Of a DNA stretch of 64,000 bases, positions 10,901 to 21,583 are shown one piece after another. Origin of the DNA: an uncultured archaeon (lineage in GTDB: Archaea > Thermoproteota > Nitrososphaeria > Nitrososphaerales > Gagatemarchaeaceae); the NCBI GenBank assembly GCA_963817525.1, contig CAWFOU010000007.1, positions 32,001 to 96,000 on the forward strand, read 5' to 3'. A program made the position numbers and the translations under genes. Position 1 is the stretch's first letter. Every line of letters starts with the position of its first letter. The notes under the pieces are model-generated. The model worked only from the letters and a program-made list of their open reading frames with translations. It did not search any database and was not told the origin of the DNA.

Positions 10901-11251
10901 ACGAGGTTCACTCGTACGCTTGCGGCGGGACGTCGTCCTGAGAAACTCGTGGAAGTTTGAAGTCGAAGGCTAGTTTTCCCGCCTCAGGCAACCGGCGGGA
11001 GTCGGAAAGGATCCTGTAGACGTTGATGGCGCTCGCCGCGCCCATCCACTCTTCGTGGGCAGGGAACGCCATAGGCGAAAGTGGGCGTTCGGATGTATAT
11101 AGCAGTTGTTACAAATTCTCGTCAGATTATTAACCCGTACGGGTCGGAATCCCAATTTTAGCGGTGCAGTCGATTCGCTGTTCACAACTAATACGGCGAC
11201 CGGGCACAAAGATGGCCCAAGAAAGGCCTAGCCCAGGGACGAGCGTTCCGC

Positions 11252-11302
11252 CTAGGCCCCGGTGATCGGCAGGATGTGGACTTCCTCGCCCGGCTCGCCA
11301 AC
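11252..11302 (-). repeat. Displaced copy of the 3' end of tes (VGEPGEEVHILPITGA*)
   Basis: 51-bp direct repeat of the tes terminus ending at TAG. Confidence 0.85.
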
Positions 11303-11344
11303 TCGTGGACGCAACGGTCATTTCTCGCGACTAGATTCTATTCC

Positions 11345-11763
11345 TTAGGCTCGCGTTCGAGCAGGCAGTAGAGCGAGCTTCATTGTCAACCCAAGGACAG
11401 TGTCAAGCATTGCGAACTCTTCCCACAAGGTTTCCGGGCTTCTGACAGCGGCGAAAGGTATCCTGCGAATTAGCGAGACCTCGACCTGTTCGAGGGTTGC
11501 CTTGAGGAGACCGATGTCCTCCGGCGATGCCATCCAGAAATCACTTTATCCATCCATTCCTCGGCGAAAGTGGTGTCCTTGAGCTTCTCTTGGAATGCGC
11601 GCCATTCTTCGGGCTTCAGGGGTTCGCGCATCATCTTTGAGTAGTTCTTTGCCCAACGAGAGTTTGGCGAGACCCCTTTCGCTTTGAAGATGCGCGCGTC
11701 CAAGACCCGGTTTGCCCACTCCGTCGACTCCTCTTTCGATGCGTCCGACGACATCCAAGTCAT
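11345..11763 (-). CDS. Hypothetical protein, possibly one frameshifted gene or two small ORFs; cargo between tes and its first stub
   Basis: Overlapping ORFs 11470-11763 and 11345-11533; TATA-like box at ~11785. Confidence 0.4.
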
Positions 11764-11863
11764 CGAAGAAGTAGGACCGGAGATATAAGCCTAGATACCT
11801 CCGGCCGATTCTCCAGTCGGGTCGCCTGATGCGAATAGGCTATTCGCGCATTGCGAGGGAAGC

Positions 11864-13537
11864 CTAGGTTCCTGTGATAGGCTGGATGTGGACTTCCTCG
11901 CCCTGCTCGCCGACCGCGCAGCCGCAGCCCGCGTGGTGGGTGCCCCTTCTCAGGGTGCCACGGTAGAGCCCGTCCTCGAGCTTCTTCCCGTTCTTCGCTT
12001 CCCAGGCCTCGATCGGCAGCCCGTACTTTTGCTGTATCTTGTCCCTGTACCACTCGGGGATGACGTTGAACGAGCAGAACGGGATGATCCTCAAGTCGGG
12101 GGTGAGGTAGTGGATGTCGCAGCGTTGGAGCCTCTCCTCGTCCTGATTATACTTATCTTGGAAGTGCATCATGCCGATGAACATGCTCTTCGTGTGGAAG
12201 TCCCCGATGGCCGAGTAGTCGTGCCTGATCAACGCGTTGGTGATCATCTTCGCGAAGCTCATGCCCTTGGGCTGCTTCTCCTTGTTGACGAAGCGGGACA
12301 TCTGGGTGAGGACCTTCCCGGCCACCACGTACCTGTTGGTGCCCGAGTAAATCTCCTCCGTCTTCTCCTCGAGGTACTCGATGAGCCCCTGGATGTCGAC
12401 GAAGTTTGTCAGAGGCACGAGCTTCTTTGTCTCGGCGTCCTCGAAGACGTAGGTCCCCGCGCCGCACGCGAAGTGTATCGAGAGCTCGTACTGCTCCTTC
12501 TTGGTGAAGGCCTCGATGAAGCTCGTCAGCGGAGAGCACGACGGGACTGGGAACCAGCCGTCCGACGTGATATCACCGTTGGTCTGCTCCTCGATCCTCT
12601 TGATGCAGTCGGGTATCGTGATCCGGTACTTGTCCCTCTCCTTCTTGGTCATCCTGCCGGTCAGCGAGACTGGTTGGAAGTTGACCGCGTGGACCGTGCC
12701 GAGGTACTTGTGCCCAAAGTCGATGATCGAGCCGAGCTCATGGTCGTTGACAGTCTTGATGACCGTCGGGACGAGCACGACGCCGATATTGTTCTTCCTG
12801 CACGCTTCGAGCGTGTAAGGCGCCTCCCAGTGGTTCTTGGGGTTCGTCTTCGGGCTAGTGCCGTCGAACGACATGTAGAGGTTGGAGACACCTGCCTCGT
12901 GGAGCCGCCCCGCGAGGGACGGGTCTAGTGCAAGGTTGATGCCGTTCGTGTTGAGCTGGACGTGGTCTATGCCCTCCTCGTGCATCATTCTGATGATCTC
13001 GGGGAGCTCCGGACGGATGGTCGGCTCGCCGCCTGTGAGCTGGACCGAGTTCCCTGGGACTGGCCTCTCGGACTTTAGCGTCCTGGCCATCTCCCTCACC
13101 TGGTCCATCGTAGGCTCGTAGACGTACGCGCCCTCGAGGCCCTTCTTGACGTAGAAGAAGCAGTACCAGCACGTCAAGTCGCACCTGTTCGTGATGATGA
13201 TGTTGGACAGGCCCGTGTGAGATAGGTGGTTTGAGCATAGCCCGCAATTGGCGGGGCAGGAGCAGACGTCCATGGGCACGTTGGGCGCATGGGTCCCCTT
13301 CCCGTCCTTCCAGAAGCGGGCGAACTTTGCGTACATCTGGTAGTCGCCGAAGTACAACTCCTCTGTCTCTCCATGCTCTGGGCACGTCTTGGTCATGAAG
13401 ACCTTGTTATCGCGTTCGAAAACTATCGCCGGGAGTATCTTGTTGCAGTCAGGGCAGATGGACTGCGTCTGTCGAATGAATCTTCCCTTCGCACTCTCCT
13501 TCCTGAGGTCTAGGGAGATGTCTACGATCTGAGCCAT
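11864..13537 (-). CDS. tes: Radical SAM tetraether lipid synthase (GDGT-MAS, MJ0619 family)
   Basis: N-terminal CPDC...CPEHG, CPANCGLC..H, CDLTCWYC SAM cluster, QLTGGEPT, C-terminal MMHFQD.YN.D..RLQRC.IHY..PD.RIIPFC. Confidence 0.9.
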   Translation of the reverse strand: MAQIVDISLDLRKESAKGRFIRQTQSICPDCNKILPAIVFERDNKVFMTKTCPEHGETEELYFGDYQMYAKFARFWKDGKGTHAPNVPMDVCSCPANCGLCSNHLSHTGLSNIIITNRCDLTCWYCFFYVKKGLEGAYVYEPTMDQVREMARTLKSERPVPGNSVQLTGGEPTIRPELPEIIRMMHEEGIDHVQLNTNGINLALDPSLAGRLHEAGVSNLYMSFDGTSPKTNPKNHWEAPYTLEACRKNNIGVVLVPTVIKTVNDHELGSIIDFGHKYLGTVHAVNFQPVSLTGRMTKKERDKYRITIPDCIKRIEEQTNGDITSDGWFPVPSCSPLTSFIEAFTKKEQYELSIHFACGAGTYVFEDAETKKLVPLTNFVDIQGLIEYLEEKTEEIYSGTNRYVVAGKVLTQMSRFVNKEKQPKGMSFAKMITNALIRHDYSAIGDFHTKSMFIGMMHFQDKYNQDEERLQRCDIHYLTPDLRIIPFCSFNVIPEWYRDKIQQKYGLPIEAWEAKNGKKLEDGLYRGTLRRGTHHAGCGCAVGEQGEEVHIQPITGT

Positions 13538-13669
13538 CGAGTCCGGTGGGTCAGGTAGAGGATATAAGCATTTTAACTTCTTCTACGGTGAGGAGTGAAA
13601 TGCCCCGATTGGGACTCTGTCCCATCTTCGGGTGTTTTGAAGGGGCGTTGCACGGCGGGTGATTCTGTG

Positions 13670-13972
13670 CTACAAACAGAGATTTCCTATCCTAAGGTAA
13701 GGGTTAGCGATACAATTCGCACAATCGTAACCATCGCTGAGGTGTTGACACCACACGTAAAAATGGTTGGAAGATGGATGGCCGTTGTCGAGGGCGACGG
13801 GGCCGGACATGAAACCATATCCCAGATACTTGTAAGAAATGGACTCGCTGTTCGCCCCACAACACGGTCCTTCGAAAATGTATGGGGTTGGCAGCATCGG
13901 GACAAGCAGCAGGGCCGCGAAAGCGACTCCGCCGCAGACCAGTAGCAGCAAGCCCTTGCTTCTTCCCTTCAA
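13670..13972 (-). CDS. Small membrane-anchored Cys-containing protein, similar in layout to 41761-42048
   Basis: N-terminal TM ending LLVP, then 'ESISYKYLGYG'; start codon uncertain. Confidence 0.5.
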   Translation of the reverse strand: MKGRSKGLLLLVCGGVAFAALLLVPMLPTPYIFEGPCCGANSESISYKYLGYGFMSGPVALDNGHPSSNHFYVWCQHLSDGYDCANCIANPYLRIGNLCL

Positions 13973-14701
13973 GGTCTCTATGGCAAAGAGTGAACGGACT
14001 CTTCTAAGGCTTGTGACAACAACTCCTTCCAGCCCTTCGGCGCAAGGCCCGCCGCTTGAGCGGGAGTCTGACCTTCCAGCGCCATGTGAGGCTTGACAAA
14101 GTTGTATTGGATTCTCGCTCCTTCGGCGAGCGGGGTCTTCATGCTCTTCCATCCTCGCTGGACCTTGGCCCGCTTGCTCGCGGAGCGTCCCGTCCAACCT
14201 CTCGACTCTTGTTATTAGCGTGGGGCCTTCCGAAGGGGCGTCCCGAAATGGCTGATTCCCGGTTGCCCTACAAGTCCTCTATTCGGCTTCCAAATCTCGA
14301 ATGACAGACCGCACAACCATCCTTTACTTTTGCGAATGAATAGACCGCACCACAATCTTGACACACCCGAAGGTTACTCTTCGATTCAGGCATGGAAACC
14401 TGTTGACAAGTTTCTTGCTTAAAAGAACTATTTTATGGAAAGTCACCAAGCAATACTCTATCTTTTGAGTCTCGTGCGGTCTAGCCCTGACGAAATATCT
14501 AGCGCCGTTCTTCTTGGTGTTGAACGGAGTCATCGCCTTTTGAACGCAAGAGACGCGGTTGCTCCGACGATGACCAGACCAATCGATGCAATCGCCGTTA
14601 GGGATTCAAGGTCGGCGGCCGTGATATCGCCCCAGTCCCCGGCAAAGGGGTCAGAGACCTAGAGGTCGAAGTAAAGGTCAGCGTTGGTAATCCAAACGGC
14701 T

Positions 14702-16237
14702 CTATCCGCAGTTGTATTCCGCTGTGAACGTCTGGGCGGAGCTAGTCGCGGTGAAGGACATCGGATCGGCCGTCGCGCCGCCGGACCAGCTGGAGAAGGT
14801 GCAGCTGCCGTAGTTGTCCACTTGCACCTGGTATGACTGCCCTACGGTCGTGGTGAAGGTGTAAGGGGTGAAGCCGTCAGCGATTACCGTCCCGCTAGAG
14901 CTGTAAAGGACCGTGTAGTAGCCGGTGATGGCAGCGCCGTCCTGGTTGACAGAGTTCACCGTGACGCTGGAGCCCGGCGACGTCGTACCTGAGCAGTTGT
15001 AGATCGCGGTGAAGGTCGTCGGTGAGCTTGTAGCTGTGAAAGTCCGGGGGTTGCTGGTCACGCCGTCGGACCACGCACTAAAGACGCAGCTGCCGTAGTT
15101 GTCCACCTGCACACTGTACGCGTCCCCAGACGTCGTGGGGAAGGTAGCTGGAGTATAGCCAGTATCAGCGACGCTTCCGCTGGCGCCGTAGAGGATGGTG
15201 TAGTAGCCGGTGATGGCGGCACCAGCCTGGTTCTGCGAGTTGACAGTGGCGCTGGAGCCCGTACTCGTACTCGTGCTGGATGAGGTGGAAGTCGAGCTCG
15301 TGGTCGTGCTAGTGCTGGACGAGGTGGAACTTGAACTCGTGGACGTACTCGTACTCGTGCTGGTTGAAGTGGAAGTCGAGCTTGTGCTGGTGCTGGTGCT
15401 AGTGCTGGTTGAAGTGGAAGTCGAGCTCGAGGTCGTGGTGGTCGTCCCGCCTCCCCAAGCAACCGAGAAGCTCGTCCCGTCGCTCGAGATCGCAGAGGGC
15501 GTCGCCTCGGTCGAGCCTGAGCCCGAGACCATCGTGATCTCTTGCACGGCAGGCCCGAAGGAGCTGATCGTCCCGGTTACCCCGCTGACCGTGGCGTAAT
15601 CGGTGGAGGCGACGCCGGTGTTGTCTACGCCGTAGAATGCTGTGCCGAAATCAGCCAGCGGCAGAATCCTGGTACTGGAAGAAGGAGCCTCAGCTATCCA
15701 CTCTGCCGAGCTCTCCGCCGCCGAGGCCACCGCCTGGGTGATGCTGTAGGCCTTCCCCGTGGTCACATCGGTGATTGTTGTGGTGAACTCGCCTCCAGAG
15801 TAGGTCACTCCCGCCGACATCTTGTTACCTGGCGAGACTGGGACGCTCGTTATGTCGTAAGAGCCGCTCGGGTAGAACTCGTACCACGCGTAGTAGCTGG
15901 GGGTGCCCCTCAGGCACTGGGCCATCGTCCCCGTCTGCTCCACCGTGTCGGAAGAGTAACCGTCGATCCCCACCCAGAAGGCCGCGTACGAGCTCGTCGA
16001 TGAGCAGGTCACGCTGGGAGCAATCCAGGAGCCCTCCACGTTCGTCACAGAACCCGTGGGGCCTGTGACGGCGTAGCCGCTCCAGTTCTCGCTGCTGCCG
16101 TTGGCGTAGGTAATCCTCGGGTGGGAGGCGGGAGTCACATTCGCCTGGGCGGAGGGAGGTAGAGCGAGGGTGAGAAACGAAGCTGCGAACAATATGAGCA
16201 CGGCGACTGACACGACAGTCGATAACCGCGACTTCAT
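14702..16237 (-). CDS. Secreted glutamic peptidase family G1 (peptidase A4) with Ser/Thr linker and two C-terminal ~87-aa repeats
   Basis: SENWSGYA, WVGIDG, VEQTGT (catalytic Q), YYAWYEFYP, SAEWIAEAP (catalytic E), LADFG. Confidence 0.92.
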   Translation of the reverse strand: MKSRLSTVVSVAVLILFAASFLTLALPPSAQANVTPASHPRITYANGSSENWSGYAVTGPTGSVTNVEGSWIAPSVTCSSTSSYAAFWVGIDGYSSDTVEQTGTMAQCLRGTPSYYAWYEFYPSGSYDITSVPVSPGNKMSAGVTYSGGEFTTTITDVTTGKAYSITQAVASAAESSAEWIAEAPSSSTRILPLADFGTAFYGVDNTGVASTDYATVSGVTGTISSFGPAVQEITMVSGSGSTEATPSAISSDGTSFSVAWGGGTTTTTSSSTSTSTSTSTSTSTSSTSTSTSTSTSTSTSSSSTSSSTSTTTSSTSTSSSTSTSTGSSATVNSQNQAGAAITGYYTILYGASGSVADTGYTPATFPTTSGDAYSVQVDNYGSCVFSAWSDGVTSNPRTFTATSSPTTFTAIYNCSGTTSPGSSVTVNSVNQDGAAITGYYTVLYSSSGTVIADGFTPYTFTTTVGQSYQVQVDNYGSCTFSSWSGGATADPMSFTATSSAQTFTAEYNCG

Positions 16238-16411
16238 ACGGAGCGTTCTTGGGACTATGAGAATTAAAGCCTTTTGAAAAGTAGTTCTACGTTATGGCTT
16301 CCACCCCAACGTCTACCGCCGCGAAAGTCAATTAATTGCGAGAAACGCCGAAATTTTTCCGCAGGTGTGAAGTGTTCCCGTCACATTGCTTCGTGGACAG
16401 CCATTGCGAAC

Positions 16412-17689
16412 TCACCCTTCGGGTCTGTGGCGGAGAGTATCGCCCTCCGCAAAGTCGGCGCCTCGGTATCGTCTCGGAATCTCTGCGCGTGTCGTTCGAG
16501 CGGCCCGAGCGGCGCCTGCGCCCAGAGTCGCTGCCCCCCTCCTGGCCAGGACGGCCACAGCGACCGCCAAGGCTAGGACTGCCGAACCAGCCTCGGACAA
16601 GTAGCGCGAGGCAATTGATGAAAGCGCACCCCATAGGACCAGGGCTATGGATGCCAGGCCGCCAGGCAAGATAGGCAGGACCATCTCGTTAGGACTGAAC
16701 GTCTTCCCAGTTCCCGACGACGTCGAGACGGCGGTGAGGTTCTGGTTGTCGAAGTACGAGAACGTAGGGATCCTCGGGACCATCCCTATCCCCCCTCCGT
16801 TCGGCGCCAAGACGTTGATAGTCCCGTTCATCGAGTGGTCGGTGTCAAGGGACGAGTAGTAGAAGTAGCTGCCAGGGGTGGTGAAGGTGTAGTTGAAGAT
16901 CTGGAACTGCTTGAGGGTCGGGGAGTTCGCGGCCGGGAGCGTGGTGAAAATCACGTTGTGGTCGCCTGTTCCCGGGCCGGCCGCCTCCCCGCACACTGAC
17001 GCAGGGCCGTCGAGGTTCTGCCAGTAGACGGTGCTCCCGGCGGTGACGTTCAGCACGCTCGGGTAGAAGACGCTCGCCGACGCGTAGGTGCTGGGAGACA
17101 TGATGACGCTGTACTGCACGACCATGAGGTTGAAGCTCGCACTCTGCGAGTACGCCCCCGCGACACCCTGCACCTCTATCGTGTCGTTACCAAGGGTCGC
17201 ATTCGAGGCCGCGATGACGTCCAAGGTCACGTTCACGTCCGCGCCGGACTGGAGGGCGACAGGGTTGGAGGGCGAGAACTGTACGCTGATTCCGGTCGGA
17301 GAAGTGCTGTTGAGAGTGACAAATTCGCCCCCGGATCCGGGAGCATGGCTGATTGTCAGCGAGACGACGTAGCTGTAACCTCCTGGAGAGACCAGGGCAT
17401 CCGAGGCTTGCGCAAGGGAGAACTCGAACGGAAACAAAGCGCCCGAGGCGTTCGAGGTGGAGGAGAGGGTGGTCGAGGTGGCGGTCGAGGAGGTCGCTTG
17501 GCTTGTCGAGGTCGTCTGCGACTGGCTGCTGGTGGTTTTCGAGCTCGAGCTCAGGATGAAATACCCTCCGACGGCCACGACGAGGACAATCACGACGACC
17601 GCGGCGAGGATCGCCGTGCCGACAGCGCTGCGTGCCCCGCCGCTTGCTCCGACACCGTGCCCAAACCGTCTGCTTCCGCGGCTCGACAT
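16412..17689 (-). CDS. Membrane-anchored Ig-like plus cupredoxin-fold protein
   Basis: F.PSVLNVTAGSTVYWQN, HNVIF, FTTPGSYFYYSSLDTDHSMNGTINV; N- and C-terminal TM segments. Confidence 0.75.
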   Translation of the reverse strand: MSSRGSRRFGHGVGASGGARSAVGTAILAAVVVIVLVVAVGGYFILSSSSKTTSSQSQTTSTSQATSSTATSTTLSSTSNASGALFPFEFSLAQASDALVSPGGYSYVVSLTISHAPGSGGEFVTLNSTSPTGISVQFSPSNPVALQSGADVNVTLDVIAASNATLGNDTIEVQGVAGAYSQSASFNLMVVQYSVIMSPSTYASASVFYPSVLNVTAGSTVYWQNLDGPASVCGEAAGPGTGDHNVIFTTLPAANSPTLKQFQIFNYTFTTPGSYFYYSSLDTDHSMNGTINVLAPNGGGIGMVPRIPTFSYFDNQNLTAVSTSSGTGKTFSPNEMVLPILPGGLASIALVLWGALSSIASRYLSEAGSAVLALAVAVAVLARRGAATLGAGAARAARTTRAEIPRRYRGADFAEGDTLRHRPEG

Positions 17690-17787
17690 GGCCAACAATC
17701 GTGTCCGCGAGGCCCCCTTATATCATGTGATGGGACCAATCGGGTTCGAGCAGACACCGGACGCGCCCGCCTTTGCCCCGGTCGTGC

Positions 17788-18978
17788 CTAGATTACCTGG
17801 AATGTCGCGGAGCCGGTGCCCGAGGTGTAACCAGGGGCCGACGCTGCTGCGATCAAGCTGTAGGTTCCGACCGGCGCGCTCCTGCCGGTCGCGTAGCTGA
17901 AGCTCACGGAGCCACCGTTGCCCGTGGTGCCTCTGCCTGTGGCCTCCCCCCCGTTCGGGATGGTCAGCGTGACAGACACGCTCGCCCTCGAGACCGGCGA
18001 GCCGGTGCTGGTCGTGACCAAGACATTGATCGTCACCGTCGAACCCGGGGAGTAGCTGGCCCGGTTCGTCGTCAGGGTCACCACAAGCTGCGATGGGCTG
18101 GTGGTCGATGTCGAAGTGGAACTCGTTGTGGTGGTGGTCGTAGTTGTGGTGGTCGTTGTAGTCGAACTGGTGCTCGACGTGGTGGTGGTCGAGGTCCCCC
18201 ACGCCACCGAGAAGCTCGTCCCGTCGCTCGAAATCGCGGAGGGGGTTGCCTCCACCGAGCCCGAGCTCGAGATCATCGTGATCTCCTGCACGGCAGACCC
18301 GAAGGAGCTCATGGTCCCCGTGACGCCACTGACCGTCGCGTAGTTCGTGGAAGCGACGCCCGTGTTGTCGTCGCCGTAGTAGGCCGTAGCAAAGTCCGCC
18401 AAGGGCAGAATCGAGTTTCCTGAGGACGGCGCCTCAGCTATCCACTCCGCGGAGCTCTCCTGTGCTGAAGCGACAGCCTGAGAGGTGCTGTAGGTCTTTC
18501 CCGTCGTCACGTCTGTAATCGTAGTGGTGAAAATCCCTCCGGAGTAAGCGACGGCGGCGGACATCACGTTGCCAGGCGCGACTGGGACGCTCGATATCAA
18601 GTAGGAGCCGCTAGGGTAGAACTCATACCAGGCGTAGTAGCTCGCGGTGCCCCCCTGGCATTCGGCCATCGTCCCCGTCTGCTCCACGGTGCTGGAGGAG
18701 TAACCGTCAATCCCCACCCAGAAGGCGGCGTAGGCGCTCCTCGAGGAGCAGGTGACGCTGGGAGCAATCCAGGAGCCCTGCACGTCCGTGACCGAGCCCG
18801 TGGGGCCTGTCACAGCGTAGCCGCTCCAGTTCTCGCTGCTCCCGTTGGAGTTTGTCAACCTCGGGTGGGAGGCGGGGACCTCGTTCCTTTGGGCCGAGGC
18901 GGGGATTGCGAGGGTGAGGAACGAGGCGGCGAGGAGCACCATCAACACGGTAGTCGTCGCTCCAGTTGAAAATCGCAA
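17788..18978 (-). CDS. Secreted glutamic peptidase family G1 with Ser/Thr linker and C-terminal Ig-like domain
   Basis: Same G1 motifs as 14702-16237 (close paralog); different C-terminal domain (TNRASYSPGSTVTINV). Confidence 0.92.
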   Translation of the reverse strand: MRFSTGATTTVLMVLLAASFLTLAIPASAQRNEVPASHPRLTNSNGSSENWSGYAVTGPTGSVTDVQGSWIAPSVTCSSRSAYAAFWVGIDGYSSSTVEQTGTMAECQGGTASYYAWYEFYPSGSYLISSVPVAPGNVMSAAVAYSGGIFTTTITDVTTGKTYSTSQAVASAQESSAEWIAEAPSSGNSILPLADFATAYYGDDNTGVASTNYATVSGVTGTMSSFGSAVQEITMISSSGSVEATPSAISSDGTSFSVAWGTSTTTTSSTSSTTTTTTTTTTTTTSSTSTSTTSPSQLVVTLTTNRASYSPGSTVTINVLVTTSTGSPVSRASVSVTLTIPNGGEATGRGTTGNGGSVSFSYATGRSAPVGTYSLIAAASAPGYTSGTGSATFQVI

Positions 18979-19125
18979 CTTCTAACGGGCCCGACAGGGC
19001 GGCTCTCGGACTTAAGCCTTATCGAATGGGATTACATGAATCACGTTCACGTGGGGTGGTTGTTGGGCACGGCCACGGCTTGCCGCGCCAGAAGCCTTTA
19101 GTGGCGCCGCGAGGGTCCACACGCC

Positions 19126-19584
19126 ATGCCTCCAGGATGGAAGGCCGCCCCGCCGAAGGACGACTCGGAATACTTCGAGAGGATGAGCAGGAGCCTCTTC
19201 ACAGCCGGGCTGAACTGGAGCATGGTCGAGAAGAAGTGGCCGAACTTCCGGAAGGCCTTCGCCGCGTTCTCGCCTGAGAAGGTCTCGAAGATGACCGAGA
19301 AGGACGTGAAGACCCTGATGGGCGACTCGGGGATAGTAAGGAACGAGCGCAAGATCAGGGCGACGGTCCACAACGCGGGCGAGGTGATCGAGTTGGAGAA
19401 GGAGTTTGGCTCCTTCAATGGCTACATCGCCTCGTTCGGGAAGGACGAGACGAGGCTCGTGGAAGACCTGCAGAAGAGGTTCAAGCACGTAGGAGGGTCC
19501 ACCGCGAGGATGTTCCTCTGGTCGGTCGGGTACAAGCTCACGCCGACGGCCGAAGAGAAAGAGTGGCTCGCGAAGAGCGTGTAG
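19126..19584 (+). CDS. tag: DNA-3-methyladenine glycosylase I family protein
   Basis: FTAGLNW..VEKKWPNFRKAF..F, GIVRNERKIRATVHNA, FKHVGG.TA..FL. Confidence 0.85.
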   Translation: MPPGWKAAPPKDDSEYFERMSRSLFTAGLNWSMVEKKWPNFRKAFAAFSPEKVSKMTEKDVKTLMGDSGIVRNERKIRATVHNAGEVIELEKEFGSFNGYIASFGKDETRLVEDLQKRFKHVGGSTARMFLWSVGYKLTPTAEEKEWLAKSV

Positions 19585-19672
19585 CGGTCGTCGCGGGTGT
19601 TCTGGAGATTGGAATCCCGTTCTAAAGATTAGAATCATATAGCATCCCCTCCTTCCTCTCCTCGAAAGTCCA

Positions 19673-20417
19673 ATGGTCGAAGGTCATAATCGTGGCAGGC
19701 GGTCGCGGAGGGCGCTTGGGACGGCGTCTCTGGCGGCTATCGTGGTCGTCATCGCCATTGTCGGTGTCGCCTCAATCCTTGTGATGGGCAACGGGGTCGG
19801 AGTCTCCCAGGCGTCCAACTCATCCAGTACTTCCAGCATCCTTTGCCACTTCCACCTCCACGGGCGCCTCAACGTACACCAGCGTAGCGTCCCCGGCAAG
19901 CGGGCTCGAGCTCTCCTTGGGGCTCAACGGCACGAGCATCTCGACGGGAGAGGAGCTCACCGCCACGGCGGTAGATGTGAACACCCTGACGACCGCCGAC
20001 AACGTGTCCGCCGCCAAGGATTGGCCGATTGGAAACCTCGCGATCGGACCATGCGGGCAGCTCAACAGCCCGGTGGGAATCGCCGTCCTCAGCGGGAACT
20101 ACGACGCCGCGAACGTCTCGTCTGGGAAGTCGCTCCAGATATACGATCCAGCGGTGTACGCGTGCCCCGCGATGCTCTCTGGAATCGACGGCTTCCTCTT
20201 CCAGCCCTCGAGCGACAACGCCACGGTCTACGGTAGCTGCGGGTCAGCCGCGTGCTTCAACGAGACCGCGAGCGCGACTCTCTCGGTGACGGGCTATTGG
20301 ACTGGGGGCCCCTCCACCTTCACGAGCTTCCCCAGCGGGGTCTACACCGTGATCGCGGGGGACGAATGGGGAGGCATCGCGATATTGCACTTCGCGGTTG
20401 TGGCAAGCGGCGCCTGA
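19673..20417 (+). CDS. Membrane-anchored extracellular protein of the 'GVYTV.AGDEWG' family (frameshift ~19842)
   Basis: TM in ORF 19673 joins ORF 19917 after removing one T; shares motifs with 37922-38701 and 48128-49240. Confidence 0.7.
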
Positions 20418-20537
20418 GCGACTCGGCGAACGTATCATGTTCGAATCAAAATCGCAATAAAATTGACACCAAAGCTCTAATAGCAGGCGGGCCCAGCGTT
20501 ATGGCAACGGTCCGATAGAGAGCTTAGGTGGTTCTAA

Positions 20538-20810
20538 ATCCAAAAGAGAGCGTTCGTCCTGGTGACGGTCTACAGCGATGCTGACCGCTCCGGACTTTTC
20601 GAGATACGCGACATTCCGTCGGTCACCCAGGTCGACATGGTGCTCGGGGCCTTCGACGCCGTCGTGACGGTCGAGGCGGAGGACGAGAAGGCCATCGAGA
20701 AAGCGGTCACGAGCATATCTAGGACGAGGGGGGTCAAGGAGGCGAAGCCCCTCGTAGAGGTACAGGTAGGCTCCCATGGAAGCCTAAAGCCCGTCATAGG
20801 CCGCATGTAG
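20538..20810 (+). CDS. Stand-alone Lrp/AsnC ligand-binding (RAM) domain protein
   Basis: RAFVLVTV...I..VTQVDMVLGAFDAVVTVEA...I....GV; the conserved first strand lies upstream of the first GTG (ATC at 20538 after AGGTGG). Confidence 0.75.
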   Translation: MQKRAFVLVTVYSDADRSGLFEIRDIPSVTQVDMVLGAFDAVVTVEAEDEKAIEKAVTSISRTRGVKEAKPLVEVQVGSHGSLKPVIGRM

Positions 20811-20900
20811 CCCGGCTCAGCCGCTGCTTTCTTTTTCGACTTCAGAAAGAGTTTCGGAGAGGCGTAGCTTAAGTATCGCACTAGGGTCGAGCAGAAGGCT

Positions 20901-21583
20901 TTGGTGAGCCTCCCGGGCGTGACCTTCAGCAGGAAGGAGGGCACTATCGTCAAGAGGATGGTCGACTACGTGATCCTCGTGAGGGAGACCGAGCAGAGCT
21001 CTGCCGATCCTCGTCGCGGCCGTCGCCGCGGGCGACGTCCAGGCGTGCGTCGAGGGCAGGACCAAGATATTCAGCCTCGAGTCGAGCTCCGCCGCCGTCG
21101 CCCGAGAACTCAGCACTCTTATCGCAGAGGGCGCCTTCTTCGGAGGAGTCAGGGAGGACATGCTCAACCTGATCACGAAGATACACTCGATAGCGGACAA
21201 GGCGAAGGACGCCGCGCGCCTGATCACTCTTGCCAGAGTCACCGACGCCAGAGCTATCAATGTGCTGCGTTCGGAGGACATGAAGCAGTTTCTTGCGAAC
21301 CTCGACAAGGCGGTGGTCGCACTCCAAGGGCTGATAGAGGCTTTCGCAATCGACCGCAAGGCAGTTCTGGAGAGGGTTCACAACGTCGAAGAGTACGAGG
21401 AGGAGGCGGACACGTTCAAGCAGAACATGCTCGTGGCTCTCTTCGACAAGTCCCACGGAGAGATCGACCCCGTCACCCTGATACTGGTGAGGGACTTTCA
21501 TTTTCTGCGCGGACGACGTCGCGGACAGGTCCGAAGAAGCGAGCGACATCGCGCTCGTCCTAGTCGCGAAAGGCTATGGATGA
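20901..21583 (+). CDS. DUF47 / PhoU-like phosphate transport regulator (two apparent frameshifts, ~21000 and ~21496)
   Basis: GAFFGGVREDMLNLI...IADKAKDAA, EEEADT, DDVADRSEEASD; directly upstream of PiT. Confidence 0.8.

Noticed and set aside
11888-12928. Long antisense ORFs (e.g. 11888-12928, 31008-31994, 33313-34125, 5617-6264)
   Set aside because: Shadow ORFs of GC-rich genes on the opposite strand with no recognisable motifs
15240-15445. Nucleotide tandem repeats in 15240-15445, 18100-18195 and 7270-7470
   Set aside because: Explained by Ser/Thr-rich linker coding sequence
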